A DNA stretch of 63,330 bases, counting the filler, from Folioceros fuciformis (Eukaryota), in NCBI GenBank assembly GCA_049999805.1. It is 5 parts of 5 records of this genome, joined end to end, with 100 filler letters (N's around TTAATTAATTAA, not from the genome) between each part and the next. Parts side by side here need not be neighbours in the genome. Positions count along the whole stretch, not along the records: positions 17,458 to 32,754 come from JBNGIO010001492.1; positions 32,855 to 40,015 come from JBNGIO010001493.1; 3 more parts are not named here. One strand, written 5' to 3'. Under the pieces are notes generated by a model. That model saw nothing but the letters and a program-made list of their open reading frames with translations, made no database searches and was not told the origin of the DNA. Below are positions 24,201 to 34,997 of the stretch, piece by piece (positions within the stretch are counted from its first letter, which is position 1; each line of letters begins with the position of its first letter). The position numbers and the translations under genes were made by a program.

Positions 24201-27200
24201 TCACTCCTAACTCTGGCTCTAGCCTCGTCTCACTCCCTCGTATACTTCTCGGCCAACTTTTTGAATTTCTCCAATAGCGCTGCTGGCTCTTAAGCCTGGA
24301 AAATTTCATTCTGGAGCTGCTCAATTGTGGCATGAGCTGTCTTCACCTGATTTGCCAGGGCTTCTTGCTGATCCGCCATCACCTTCAACTCCTTCCATGC
24401 CTTTCTCAGCAATTCATCGCTTACTCGCTTAATGACTTCTATTGCTTTTTTCCTACCTTCAACTTCTTCCAGCTTTTCCTTTAGCAGCTTCTTTTATTGC
24501 TCCTGCATGCTAAGCCATGTGAGTGCTATTGAGGCCTGGTTGAGAAGGTTCGCCTCGGTTTGGGCCATAGCTGAAGTCAACCCCTACAAGTCATTGATTT
24601 GGGTTGTTCCAATGTTCATCTTCTTCCACAACCACTCCCTTACTCGCGGTGTGTCTTATGCTCTCGGCCCACTTTGATAGTTCAAGGAATTGGCCCCAAA
24701 AATACTTTCCCACCCCTCGAAGGCCTCCGCCACTAGTACTAACCCTTCTTCACCTGCTATCGACTCATTAACCCTTTGCCTTTCATTCTTCAGCACTGCG
24801 GTAGGGCCAGCCTGGCTTTTCCCTCTTTCTTGTCCCCCTTGCGGTTCCGCTACTGCCTTCGATCTAGTGATTTGAGGTCACCACCTCTTGTTCACCTACA
24901 ATTGTCTTCCTATTCTTAACCGCTCTCCACCCCTCTGCCTAGCTCTTCCTCTTTTTGGCCTTCGCGACCTCTCCCTCGGAATCTTTCTAGTGGTTCAGGC
25001 TCCTAACTGGTGGAGTCCTCTCCTGAAGCTTCCTTAGATTCCTCTTCCTCCACCTTAACTTCCCTAACCAACTTCCAGCTATAGAAGGAGGACACAATCT
25101 CCAGTTCTATTAAACATTTGGCATGTGCAAAAACATGAACCAGGAAGGGCGAGATAGATGAGGGAGGAATGTGGGGAGGCAGCCAATAAATTTGTTCTCT
25201 CTCCTCACAGGCTTGTTCAAAAATAATCCTACCCCAATCCACCTATGTGCCATTGACTACCTAATGGAGAAAGACCAGAAAGTGCTCCGCCATATGATCC
25301 AACTTCTTGCTTTGGACGAAGCACACAATCCACTTAACCAGACCCACTAGTTACACCGAGACCAACTTCCTGAACACCTAGCCATTATTAGCTCTCACCT
25401 CCCTAGGCTTCATGATCGTTGCTGTTGCCACCTTCAAAGTCTTTTTTCTCTCAAGATCCATCACCAAGCCTCCCCTCTTCAGTCTCCTTCCAATTGTAGA
25501 CTATCATGAAGAGCTCTTAACTCTAGTCTTGTGGCCTCTGCCTCAATGACCCTTCTTGCGACTTATTCCTCATGTATGTGGCACACTTATGCACCAAAAC
25601 AGGTCTGTCGTAGCACCATTTCTTTCCATAAACTCTAGGCCCAACTCCTACACAAAGGCCACAAGCTCTTATTTTCTAATGGTCTATGTTGGGCCATTGT
25701 GCAGTGAAGACTACTGCCACTAATTAAGTTCCCATTGCCACTCCTCACTCCAGGTTGTGTTCCCACAGTCTTTTGTCCCCAAATCGTTGGAAGTAGCCTT
25801 TTCCTCTTCTCTGCACATCCTTCAATCGTGGCTCTCAGTTCTGATTTCAGCCACTTGCGCCCTTTCGCCCGTTTGTGCCGATGTTGCAACTCCTGCTTTC
25901 CTCAAACCTTCCTATCCTCGAGTCTCTCCACATAGGTACTTCCGCCAACCTCGCTGTGATGATCGCCCCCTCCTAGCTGCAACCCTTGTCCTCGCACGTA
26001 GGTTCGCCTCTCTCTGGCCAACTTCCTGCCTACCGTGGGAGCAGCTCCAAATCAGGGCGTCCGCTGGTGCTCTCTCCAAGTTGCGCTCCGCAGCCGAGAG
26101 TCCTCTCCCTTTCCTGTTCGTCCAAAGTCTGCCACTAGGGTTGCTAATTCCGCCTTGGCCATGTCGATACGTTCCATACTTAGCCACCGTGGGGGAGCGA
26201 GCCATTGCCCAACCGAACAAGCAATGATGGTTGAATGTAGATCCTCCTCCCTTATATAGGCACTTGGTTATTCTAAATCGCCAAGGGCTGAGGAACTTCT
26301 AGTTTGGTCTACTCTCATAGGTCATGGGCCAAGAACTAGTTATTGGTAAAAAGAAAAAAAAAACATCCAAAGCCCAAGGAACGAAACTGCCATGGGCCAA
26401 GGACACTTTTAGTGTAAAAGGCCTTGCCCATGAAATAGCTAGGCACTCTATTACTCAAAACACAAAACAAAACGACAAGAGTCATCCGAACCGGCCGTTC
26501 GAAGGAGAGTTTCTGCACATGTGACCTTCCACACTCGAGCAGCCTCATCGTTGGAGCCATTGCTTTACGTTGGTTGCTCCTTTGCCGTCTAACCATCCAG
26601 TGATAAACATTTGTGGTGCAAAAGTAAAAAAAGGATTTGATTCCCTCTTGTTGACTACTTAACTGTTTGGGCCATCTGAAGAGGTCAAATCACATGGTGA
26701 TCTCCTAGTTCTCCGTAAGGCGAAACCAGCACCGGCTTGGCAGCTTACTTACAGACTTAAGTCTTCTAGGCACCTTCTCCTCAATGAGCCATCTACCATT
26801 CCGTGTCGACCGAGTCAATACTGTAATAGGCCCTATTCTCTCGCCACCAAACATCCCATCCTCTCAACCTTGGCCATGTAGAAAACATTCAAGGGAAGCT
26901 ACCCTGAAAGACTATACAGCTCTGTGGTCACCATCGTCGGAAATGTAAATTGCTCTTTCAAATTTTGCAAAGCTAGGTCCTCATCCAGGTCTTCCTCACC
27001 CTTCCTACCTTCCATTGTATGAGTTCCCCACGTCTCCACTTCCACCACACCTTGTGTCTTCATAGCCTGACTAACTCCTTTGTCCATACCACATTGTAGC
27101 CAACTGAAAATGATTATGGCATGATGGATTGGAATACCAAACCCCTCCCTAATTGTGTTCAGCTCCTTCCAACACTTTTCCCTTGTGCCATAAGTGACTA
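21300..27200. mobile_element. Highly degenerate retroelement-like region (probably Ty3/gypsy-derived) with decayed minus-strand ORFs
   Basis: C/T-rich strand skew, broken ORFs, two paralogous minus-strand ORF remnants (22249-23016 and ~24980-25450), weak integrase C-terminus-like remnant on + (~26690-26900). No intact RT seen. Confidence 0.5.
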
Positions 27201-27505
27201 ATTAGAAACAAGCCTTGCTGAAGATTTGTGCCCTATAGACTGTTGCGAGCAAGAAGGATGTGGGTACGTGGCTCCAACACTTCTCCCTAGAGGCCAATGT
27301 GGTGCTCTCGGAGGAGGTTGGCCTATTTGGGTTAGATGAGTCAGCAGGCACACCTCTATTCCAATATCAATGGTGGGGGCTATTGAGGAGCTCTTGTTTA
27401 TCTAACCTTTGGCTAAATTGGATGGTAGCGATGTATGGGGGAAAGGACATGATACCCATCAAATCTTTGCTTTGGCGGATTTGGGAATGACTTCTGATTG
27501 TAGCA

Positions 27506-27691
27506 GAAGGCGTCAGTGTCAAGGTATGAGCACCATGTAAGTGTAAGTGTAAGGATTGGAGGCTGAGAAGGCGTCAATGTTGAGAAGGCGTCAGTGTCAA
27601 GGTATCAGCACCATGTAAGTGTAAGTGTAAGGATTGGAGGCTTGTGAGTGTCAAGGTATCAGCACCATGTAAGTGTAAGGATTGGAGGCTT
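27506..27691. repeat. Three-copy tandem repeat (~50-60 bp)
   Basis: AGTGTCAAGGTATCAGCACCATGTAAGTGTAAG(TGTAAG)GATTGGAGGCT x3. Confidence 0.9.
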
Positions 27692-28329
27692 GCGGGTTTC
27701 CTCGCCTTCAAGGAAAGAGGTGGTATGGAACCACTCTTGCCCATGGAGAGGATGATTATAGTGACTGGTTCTATTATTTTTTCTGTGTAGAAAAGAATTC
27801 AGATTATATGAGGAGAAGGGTGCTACGATGATTACAAGTATTATGTCTAGGGACCTTTAGGATACCAAGACTTTCTAGAGGTAGAAGCCTATAGAAAGGG
27901 ACGCTGCCTAGTCTAATTCGCGTCTCGACTGCAAAAAGCCAGCCACCTTCCTATGACTGGTTTTATTATTAGAATAATTGGCCTAGAAACTAAGGAAGGA
28001 GAGAGTTCCTCTGCGCCTTAGAGTTCCCGTCCACCATTACTTAGAGTTATTGTCCACCAATAGTAGGTAGGGGATGAATCCCTATCAGTCATATGTATTC
28101 TTGTAGACAACACAAGTTGTCATAATTAGAATAAGGTTGGAATACCAATCTCCTCCCCAATTGTGTCGTGATCAAATCCAAGATAAAAAAAGTATTAATT
28201 ATTGCGCTTGCTAGTATAAATTTAATCAATGCCCTTGCTACTTTGTTGACATCATAGATGTGTAGGGACTCTTGATGGACAAACTATTCAGTTTTCACAG
28301 CAAGACAGATGAAGATAAAAAACGATGAG

Positions 28330-29070
28330 CAGAATGCATAGCGAAGGACCGATAGGTTGTGCGTCCGTTGAGAGGAAAGAACTCCAGTCTGACTGGCTTG
28401 GCCCGGTCCACCACACCATGCCGTGCAACGTCCACAGGGCCTGCATGCATATGGCACGCAGTTCCAGACTGCCAGAGGCCTGACTGGAACAGTCTTGCGT
28501 GCTGGAACAGCAAGAGACAAAAGTCCCATGCACAATTAAATTAATGAGCACGCCGAGAGTGGATTTGATGCCATGCTGTTCAGCCATGGAATCGAAGCGT
28601 TCGCAACCCCCCGACTTCATGCCACCACCGAAAGGTAAGTAGACGTGGTATCACATTTAGTACTGGAACGTAGCACATCACGAAAACAAGCGATTGCTTG
28701 GCCACCGTTATGGCAAATACCAGAGTCACATATGGATCAGCCACACATCACCACAACTTTTGTGGATGAAGCCATCGACCGCCTTCCAGTTCGCACATTT
28801 GCATCTATGTCCTAGACACCTGCAGTTTCCGACAGAAACCAGCGGCAGTTGCCAAGAGAAGGATATCTGACAGTTCTCTTCGCACAATTTGCACGTTCAG
28901 CTGCTTGCTCAGAGGCAAGGCACTACCAGTGGTTGCACAGGCCTTCAGAACACAAGCTAGAGTTAGACGCTCGGCCACAATCAGGCCCTCCAGCTCCATT
29001 TGGGCAATATTGAAAACAACCTCACTCGCTGCCGCAAGTGCGGGAGTGTAGACATCTCCAGGGTACCAAC
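28330..29070 (-). pseudogene. Decayed PLS-PPR (E-class) gene
   Basis: Fragments LTLACVLKACATTG...KQLNVQI (L motif), a frameshifted CL/DIDAKCAN (S motif), MAEQHGIKST and TACHMHAGPVDVAR (E1-like). Confidence 0.7.
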
Positions 29071-29079
29071 AGATAGAAT

Positions 29080-29650
29080 GATCGAGATTAATACTCTCGA
29101 AGAAGGATCGAGCAATCGAAGGACCACGTTGCAGCCAACAAGGTGGAGGACAAACTTGGAGTGATCCGCAACGAACGCAGCGAGAGTGAGCGCAACCAGG
29201 AGGAGGTTGAGCATTCGAGAGGAAGGCAAATTGGGGGGGGCAGATGCTCACATGTCTGTGGCGGGTGCAAAGCTTCCTTCCGTCCTTTTGCAAATACTTC
29301 CCTTTCTTCCTTCGAAAGCGAAAGCAGGCCTTGCTGCTGTGGGAGAGGGAGGCAAGGGATGTTGCTTTGCCTTCCAAGCTTTGGAGGATAGAGGACGGGG
29401 AGGGCGAAGTTGCGAGAAATTTCTTGCTTAAACCGAATCGCTGCGCTTAAGGATTCAGGATGAGTTTCTTGCAAGTCGAGACCGATCAGGACATGCTACT
29501 TGTAGACCTGGAAGCTGAGCGAAAGCAGAAGCCTATTTGCGAGATGTATTTTCTGGAGGAAAGGAACACCGTTGTCATACCTCGCTTTCATTGCCTGTTT
29601 CGCAGATTCCTCCTCACCGGATCGAGGGCTGTGTATATGCCGCCCTATAA
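29080..29650 (+). pseudogene. Decayed paralog of the coiled-coil/RING gene at 20117-21166
   Basis: EDKLGVIRNERSESERNQEEV vs KDTLVIIHNECIEREENRREV; DLEAERKQKPICEMYFLEERNTVVIPRFHCLF vs DVEEELKKSMCLCCMVQARDTIFLPCLHSLY. Several Cys lost, frameshifts present. Confidence 0.55.
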
Positions 29651-30262
29651 CTCCTGCTGCTGCTGTCCCCACTTTCCAGCATGGGACCCCTGTTGTATGC
29701 TGAACTCAGCCAGCATCACAGAAAAAATGCGACGAGACGAGCAAGCAAGGGAAGAGGCAAGCTGGACCAGGCTTACGCAAAGGAGAGCTGAGCAAAGAGG
29801 GGAAGAAAGTGCTTCACCTCGTCCTGTCTAGGCCTGCTGCTCCTCTCCAGCTAGTGTAGATGGGTACATACTGTTTTTTCTATTGAAGAGAGCGCTGGCT
29901 ACCTTTCTTCGTGGCTACCGACCCATGACTAACAAAGCCGGGTTTGCTGACGTTGGCCTCTTACCTGAAAAAGTTAGGTGATGCTTTGCGCAGGCTGCTA
30001 ACATTTATGAACAAGATGCATTCTTTGCATACATGTCGCCCGGCTTGAAACAGCTGTTTTCAGGAGCTTGCAATGTGCAGAGCCATTTGGCAGGTTGATA
30101 CTCTGCTTTGTCCAATGGGCCCTTCAGCCTGTTCGTCTACTTGACATGTGACAGTTCTCTTCAACACGGAGGTGAACCAAGAAGAGGGACTCTCTTTCGG
30201 TCCGGTGTGCGCAGTCTGGTGTTGAGTCCGGTGTGCGCACTCTGCAGGCTTGTGTTGGTACC

Positions 30263-31133
30263 ATGCCAGCCCTGTGTTGGTTTGCGTGGTTGCGGATGGT
30301 GCCCTGCCCACCTTGCCACTGCAGCATAAAGCAGGCCTTAGGGAAGGAAGGCCCGCACACGCTTCGTCTGGATGGAGCAGCGAGGCAAGCGGAATCACGA
30401 ATGGGTTCTGACACAGGTCTCGGAAGTGTGTGTGAATCCCGGATATGGCCAGCTTGGTACGCCCCGCTGCCACGAGCAGTTCCATTTGCCGCCTTTCTTT
30501 GCATTTCTCTTGCCACGTTGCAGACGGGATACGCCACGGCTGAGTTGAGCAACAATGTGGAGACTGTGCCAATCGTGTCTGACACCTTCGACAACGTCCC
30601 ACAAACTCTGTCCGGTAAAGCCCGCCTTCCCTTTCAAATCCCAATTCGATTCCAGATGCGGATGCAGGTAGATCTCCATGGCCAGACGGTGGACGAGGCC
30701 GAGGGTGGCAGCTGATAGAAATCCTAGTTTGTAGGTGGGGATAAGGCCAGGAGGATTCAGCGGCCCAAATCTGTCCAGGCGGAATCCTGCACTCGAAAAT
30801 GCGTCTCCACTTGCATCAGGGGCGGGGCTGGGGCGCCAGGGGAAGGTCCACTCAACGTGCGAAGGTCAAATCCATATCCATGCCGTTCCATCCACGGCCA
30901 ACACATTGTGTGGCGCTAAATTCGTGGATATGAATGTGCGATTGCAGACCTCTGGTGGTGTTTAAGGAGGGATTTCGCAGTCGACAGTACTGGTGCGTCT
31001 CTTCCTTGCCTTGCCTGACTGGCCCAGCTAGCTGCCTTCGGCTGCTCCTGACACCATTGTCGTCGGACTCTGTAGCTTGTTAGAATGCAGCGAAATTTGC
31101 AACCTCATTCCAGACGGTCGAGATGGTCAGTAG
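30263..31133 (+). CDS. Small Cys-rich chloroplast protein (resembles Arabidopsis AT1G49975, annotated PsaN-like), 4 exons
   Basis: Spliced product DTFDNVPQTLSG/GDKARRIQRPKSVQAESCTRKCVSTCIRGGAGAPGEGPLNVRR/PLVVFKEGFRSRQYC/LLECSEICNLIPDGRDGQ*. Introns 30615-30734, ~30865-30947, 30993-31075. Start codon uncertain. Confidence 0.8.
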
Positions 31134-31626
31134 CACGGTCGACTAGCGCTTCTCCATTGGATTCCATCAGGAACTGGTACCAAGGAACGAGCGATGGTGG
31201 TACATCTTTATAATGGTTCAGCTAAAGGTTTCACCAGGCCTAAGCTTCACGCAACAAGTTCGAAGGGAAGTGCGACGACATCCTTGGCCTGCTGTACAAG
31301 GTTTGCCAGCATCACTAGATCTCGAGATATAGAGTGTGATCTCAAACTAGTGGCGTGCACATATGCTCCAATTTTGGAATGGACAGGTGCCGGAATTTCT
31401 AGTCATGCCCCATGCTCCATCCCCGCAGGAGAAACTGCATGTAGAGAAGGCAACAAGCTTCCCAGTCAACCTTGGCAGGATCGTTCCCTTTGCCCATCCG
31501 ATTCTGTGACAGTTTTGACGATTTCAGGAAGCATGTGAAAACATGGAATCCTGGTTTCGATGTGACCCAGGACAACCAGGCTTTCCCGTAGTCCTACTCC
31601 ATGACGGGTCGAACACATGTCCGCCA

Positions 31627-32754
31627 CTACTCAGCTTCAAGCTCAGCACCAAAGCGCTCCAGCCTGACCTCGTCTTCCGCGGCATCACGAAACGCCGCAT
31701 AATTTACGGCTCCGTCATCCTCAAAAGCGATCACCTGCTTCCCACCAAACCACCGTCCATTCATTAGCTTTATACACTTAACGCCTGCTTGCTTGTCCTT
31801 GAACTTCACCATTGCGACTCCTTCTGGATGGTTGTCGTACACACGCAGCCTCTCAATCGCCCCTAACTTCCCACATTCCTCAGCTATGTCTGCTTCCAAT
31901 TCAGCCAGCAGATTAGGGTCCGCTAACAACTCGTCCCTGGTGAACATGTTCTTGAGAATAACAGTCATGGGCTCCAACGGCTTGGCATCATCAAAGCCTC
32001 CCCACCCAAGCGCCCTCTGCTCGATGTTCTTCATCTTCTTCTTCTTCTTCTCATTCTGCTGCTTCTTGACGAACACCTCGCCCTTCTGCTCAAATTTAGC
32101 CCTCGTCACAGTCATCAGAGGCCTTCCCCCGGGCCGCAGAGCCGTTCCGTCCAATATCTTCAGCGCCAGCTCCACCGAAGGCTCCTTCAGAAAAGTTACC
32201 AGCCCATCTCCCTTCAGCCTGCCAGTATTCTTTTCCACATACAACTTCACCCTCGGCTTCTTGGTGTCCAAATCCTCCTTGATGTATCCGCACTTGGAGA
32301 ACACCGACACCACCTCCTCCACAGTAGCATCCTCCGGCAGCCCTGTGACATACACATGCGTGTTCACCTTCAGCTCAAACCAGCCTTCGGGCTCGTTGGA
32401 GCCCGGCTTCTTCGCCTCGCCCTGCACCCCTTCCACGCCCTTCCGTTTCTTCCTACCAGGCGCAGTAGAATCCTCGACCTGAACCACCGGCCCTTCATCT
32501 ACATCCGCAGCTGCAGCCGCTTCGTGCACCGCCGACTCCTGAATCGCCGCCTTCAAGCTCGGCATCACCTCCTCCTCCTCCACGAAAGTCATCTCGTCCG
32601 CGCCGTACGAGGGGCCGCCATCGCCTGGAACACTGTCCCCCTGAGGAACCCACGCCTTGAGCTCAGCATCCCACCTATACAACGTGCCGTCGTCATCTAA
32701 AAACTCCTCCTCCCCTTCCGGAGGCATAGCCGGTCCCTCCTCCCCAAACCCCTC
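31627..32754 (-). CDS. HTATSF1: Tat-SF1/CUS2-like splicing factor (U2AF-associated protein 2; Arabidopsis ELF9-like), RRM + UHM; 5' end truncated by contig edge
   Basis: WFELKVNTHVYVTGLPEDAT, KGDGLVTFLKEPSV, VILKNMF, MNGRWFGG. Frame is open up to the N-run. Confidence 0.92.
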   Translation of the reverse strand, partial: EGFGEEGPAMPPEGEEEFLDDDGTLYRWDAELKAWVPQGDSVPGDGGPSYGADEMTFVEEEEVMPSLKAAIQESAVHEAAAAADVDEGPVVQVEDSTAPGRKKRKGVEGVQGEAKKPGSNEPEGWFELKVNTHVYVTGLPEDATVEEVVSVFSKCGYIKEDLDTKKPRVKLYVEKNTGRLKGDGLVTFLKEPSVELALKILDGTALRPGGRPLMTVTRAKFEQKGEVFVKKQQNEKKKKKMKNIEQRALGWGGFDDAKPLEPMTVILKNMFTRDELLADPNLLAELEADIAEECGKLGAIERLRVYDNHPEGVAMVKFKDKQAGVKCIKLMNGRWFGGKQVIAFEDDGAVNYAAFRDAAEDEVRLERFGAELEAE

Positions 32755-32854
32755 NNNNNNNNNNNNNNNNNNNNNNNNNNNNNNNNNNNNNNNNNNNNTT
32801 AATTAATTAANNNNNNNNNNNNNNNNNNNNNNNNNNNNNNNNNNNNNNNNNNNN
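32755..32854. other. Artificial contig linker
   Basis: N44-TTAATTAATTAA-N44. Confidence 0.97.
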
Positions 32855-32893
32855 GTCAAAGGATCGCCCTACGAGCCTGGTTGTATCTGCAAG

Positions 32894-34630
32894 ATGCAGC
32901 ACGACGAGGTCATCTGGCAGGTCATCAACCACGGCCATTGCAGCTACAGATCAAAGTATGGTTGGTTTCCTCCACTCGGAGGCGTGCGACTTTGTTGTGT
33001 TCATCGCGTCACCTACGACGACTGATTGTGTGTGTGATCTTGTAGGACTCAGACCCAGAATTTTTGTAGAAATGAGTACAACGTCACGGGACTTTGCAAC
33101 CGCAGCTCCTGCCCTCTTGCCAACAGTCGATATGCCACGATTAAGGAGCATGAGGGTAACTGGGGATTTGAGCGTTGCGATTCTTCGCTGCCAATTCTGG
33201 GGTAGGTTTGTGACATGATTGTGTTGGATGGTTTTTGATTCAGGTGTGTTGTATCTGTACATGAAGACCATCGAGAGATCGTTTATGCCCAGTAAGTTGT
33301 GGGAGAGGGTGAAGCTGCCGAGGAATTATGGAAAGGCCCTAGAGATGATTGACAAGTATCTGGTACCTTTTTGTGCGTATTGCTCTTTTGGTTGTGATTT
33401 TTTTTTTTGCAGGGTCAACGTTATCTTGTTGTCGGAGCTGAAATTTTGTGTGATAACTGAGTTTTTTGTGTGGATAGGAACACTGGCCAAAGTTTCTTGT
33501 TCACAAAAATAAGCAACGGCTGACGAAAATGACCCAGTATTTGATCAGGATGCGCAAGTTGGCACTCCAAGCAAGGTTCGTAATTGCCGGATGTCCTCCT
33601 TATCAAAAGGAGGGCTATAATGGTTAGAGCCAGTTGTAAGGTGGGTCTTTGTGCCACAATCGACCGTAACTAGCCAGAATACTGTTTGCGTAGGCCGAAG
33701 CTTGTAACAATGCCTGCAAAGCAAGTTCAACGAGAAGCAAGAAGGGAGGCCAAAGCAGAAGTTGCTGCTGTCCTCGAACTGGTAAATTCCTGTGTGGTAG
33801 CCATGAAGCTGTTTGATCTAGAATCACGAACCTCTGTTCTGTTCATGCTTAGGACTTGCTATCTGGTATGAGAGCCGTTCTCTGATGTGCTGCTCACATC
33901 TGTTCAGGCTATCGAAAAGGAGTTGCTGCAAAGATTGCAGAGTGGTACCTATGGTGATATTTATAATTTTCCTGTAAAAGAGTATGAGAAAGTGCTGGAG
34001 ATGGAGGAGGTGGGAGCCGAGAATGGAGGTGCAGAGCTGGAGGAGGAGGAAGATGAAGAGGTTGGCATTTGAAGTTTTCCAGTCTTCCTCGCAAAAATCT
34101 GCTGTATGTGTAAATTGTGCCGGTAGATAACATTTTCCCGTTATTTGGCCAGGAGGAAGAACCGCAAGTAGAATATGTGGAGGGTGACTACGAAGATGAA
34201 GATGACCTTGAGGATTTCGGAGCGGGTCCTTTGGACAAAGACCTCGTCTCTGTTGAGGGTCAGTGGCCTTCTTCCCTTCGGTCTATCCCGGTAGAATTTG
34301 CATACTGAACTGACATCAGCATATGGGCTGCAGATTTAAAACTTGATGAAGCATCAGATGAGGAGGCGGCCAGCTTGGAGACCAAGAAACGACCCCGCAA
34401 GGTATTCCGTGTTGTACCCCGTACCAAGGCTAAGGGGCTTCCTCCTGCAGATGAAGCTGGGATCAAGAGGAAAAGGAGACGACCTCACGTGGAGGTACAG
34501 CTCTTGACCTACCTTTCGACTGACGTTTTCTAGCTCCATATTTTGGTTGCAGCAGGCCTTAGTGTGACTCTATCTTGAAACTGTGCAGATCGAGTATGAG
34601 CATGAACCGCATCGAACCACCCAATTTTAG
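32894..34630 (+). CDS. MAK16: MAK16 (60S ribosome biogenesis protein), about 9 exons
   Basis: [82 protein letters not shown]; acidic tail ending IEYEHE...*. Confidence 0.95.
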
Positions 34631-34997
34631 CAGGTGAAGGGCTGTTGGAACCCAGAAGGCTAGTTAATGCTGCTGCAGGCTGTATACGTTCCTCAAATCT
34701 GCAAGCACGGAAGGCAATTCTGTTGTGTAGGTTTTGGGGAATGCAATTTGGATCTTCCCTTGAGGGCCACGCGGTGGGTGGGCGTTTAGGAGGTTCTGTT
34801 GGTTCACAGGGTTTGAGAATCCCGTGAACCATGAAATGGTGCTGATTGAACAATTTTGATGGGATACTGGAGAGACCGGGCCCGAGCTGGCCTGATTGTC
34901 GTTGTGTGCGGCCGTGCAAGATGTACAAGTATGTCACCCTAGCAGGCAATAATTAATGTGTATGTTACACCTGAAGAATCTTTCCTACGTATAGGAG

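Noticed and set aside
31793-32482. Long antisense ORFs over HTATSF1, and similarly over PKL, the PPR gene and the NLR
   Set aside because: Shadow ORFs expected from GC-rich codon usage on the opposite strand; no recognisable domains.
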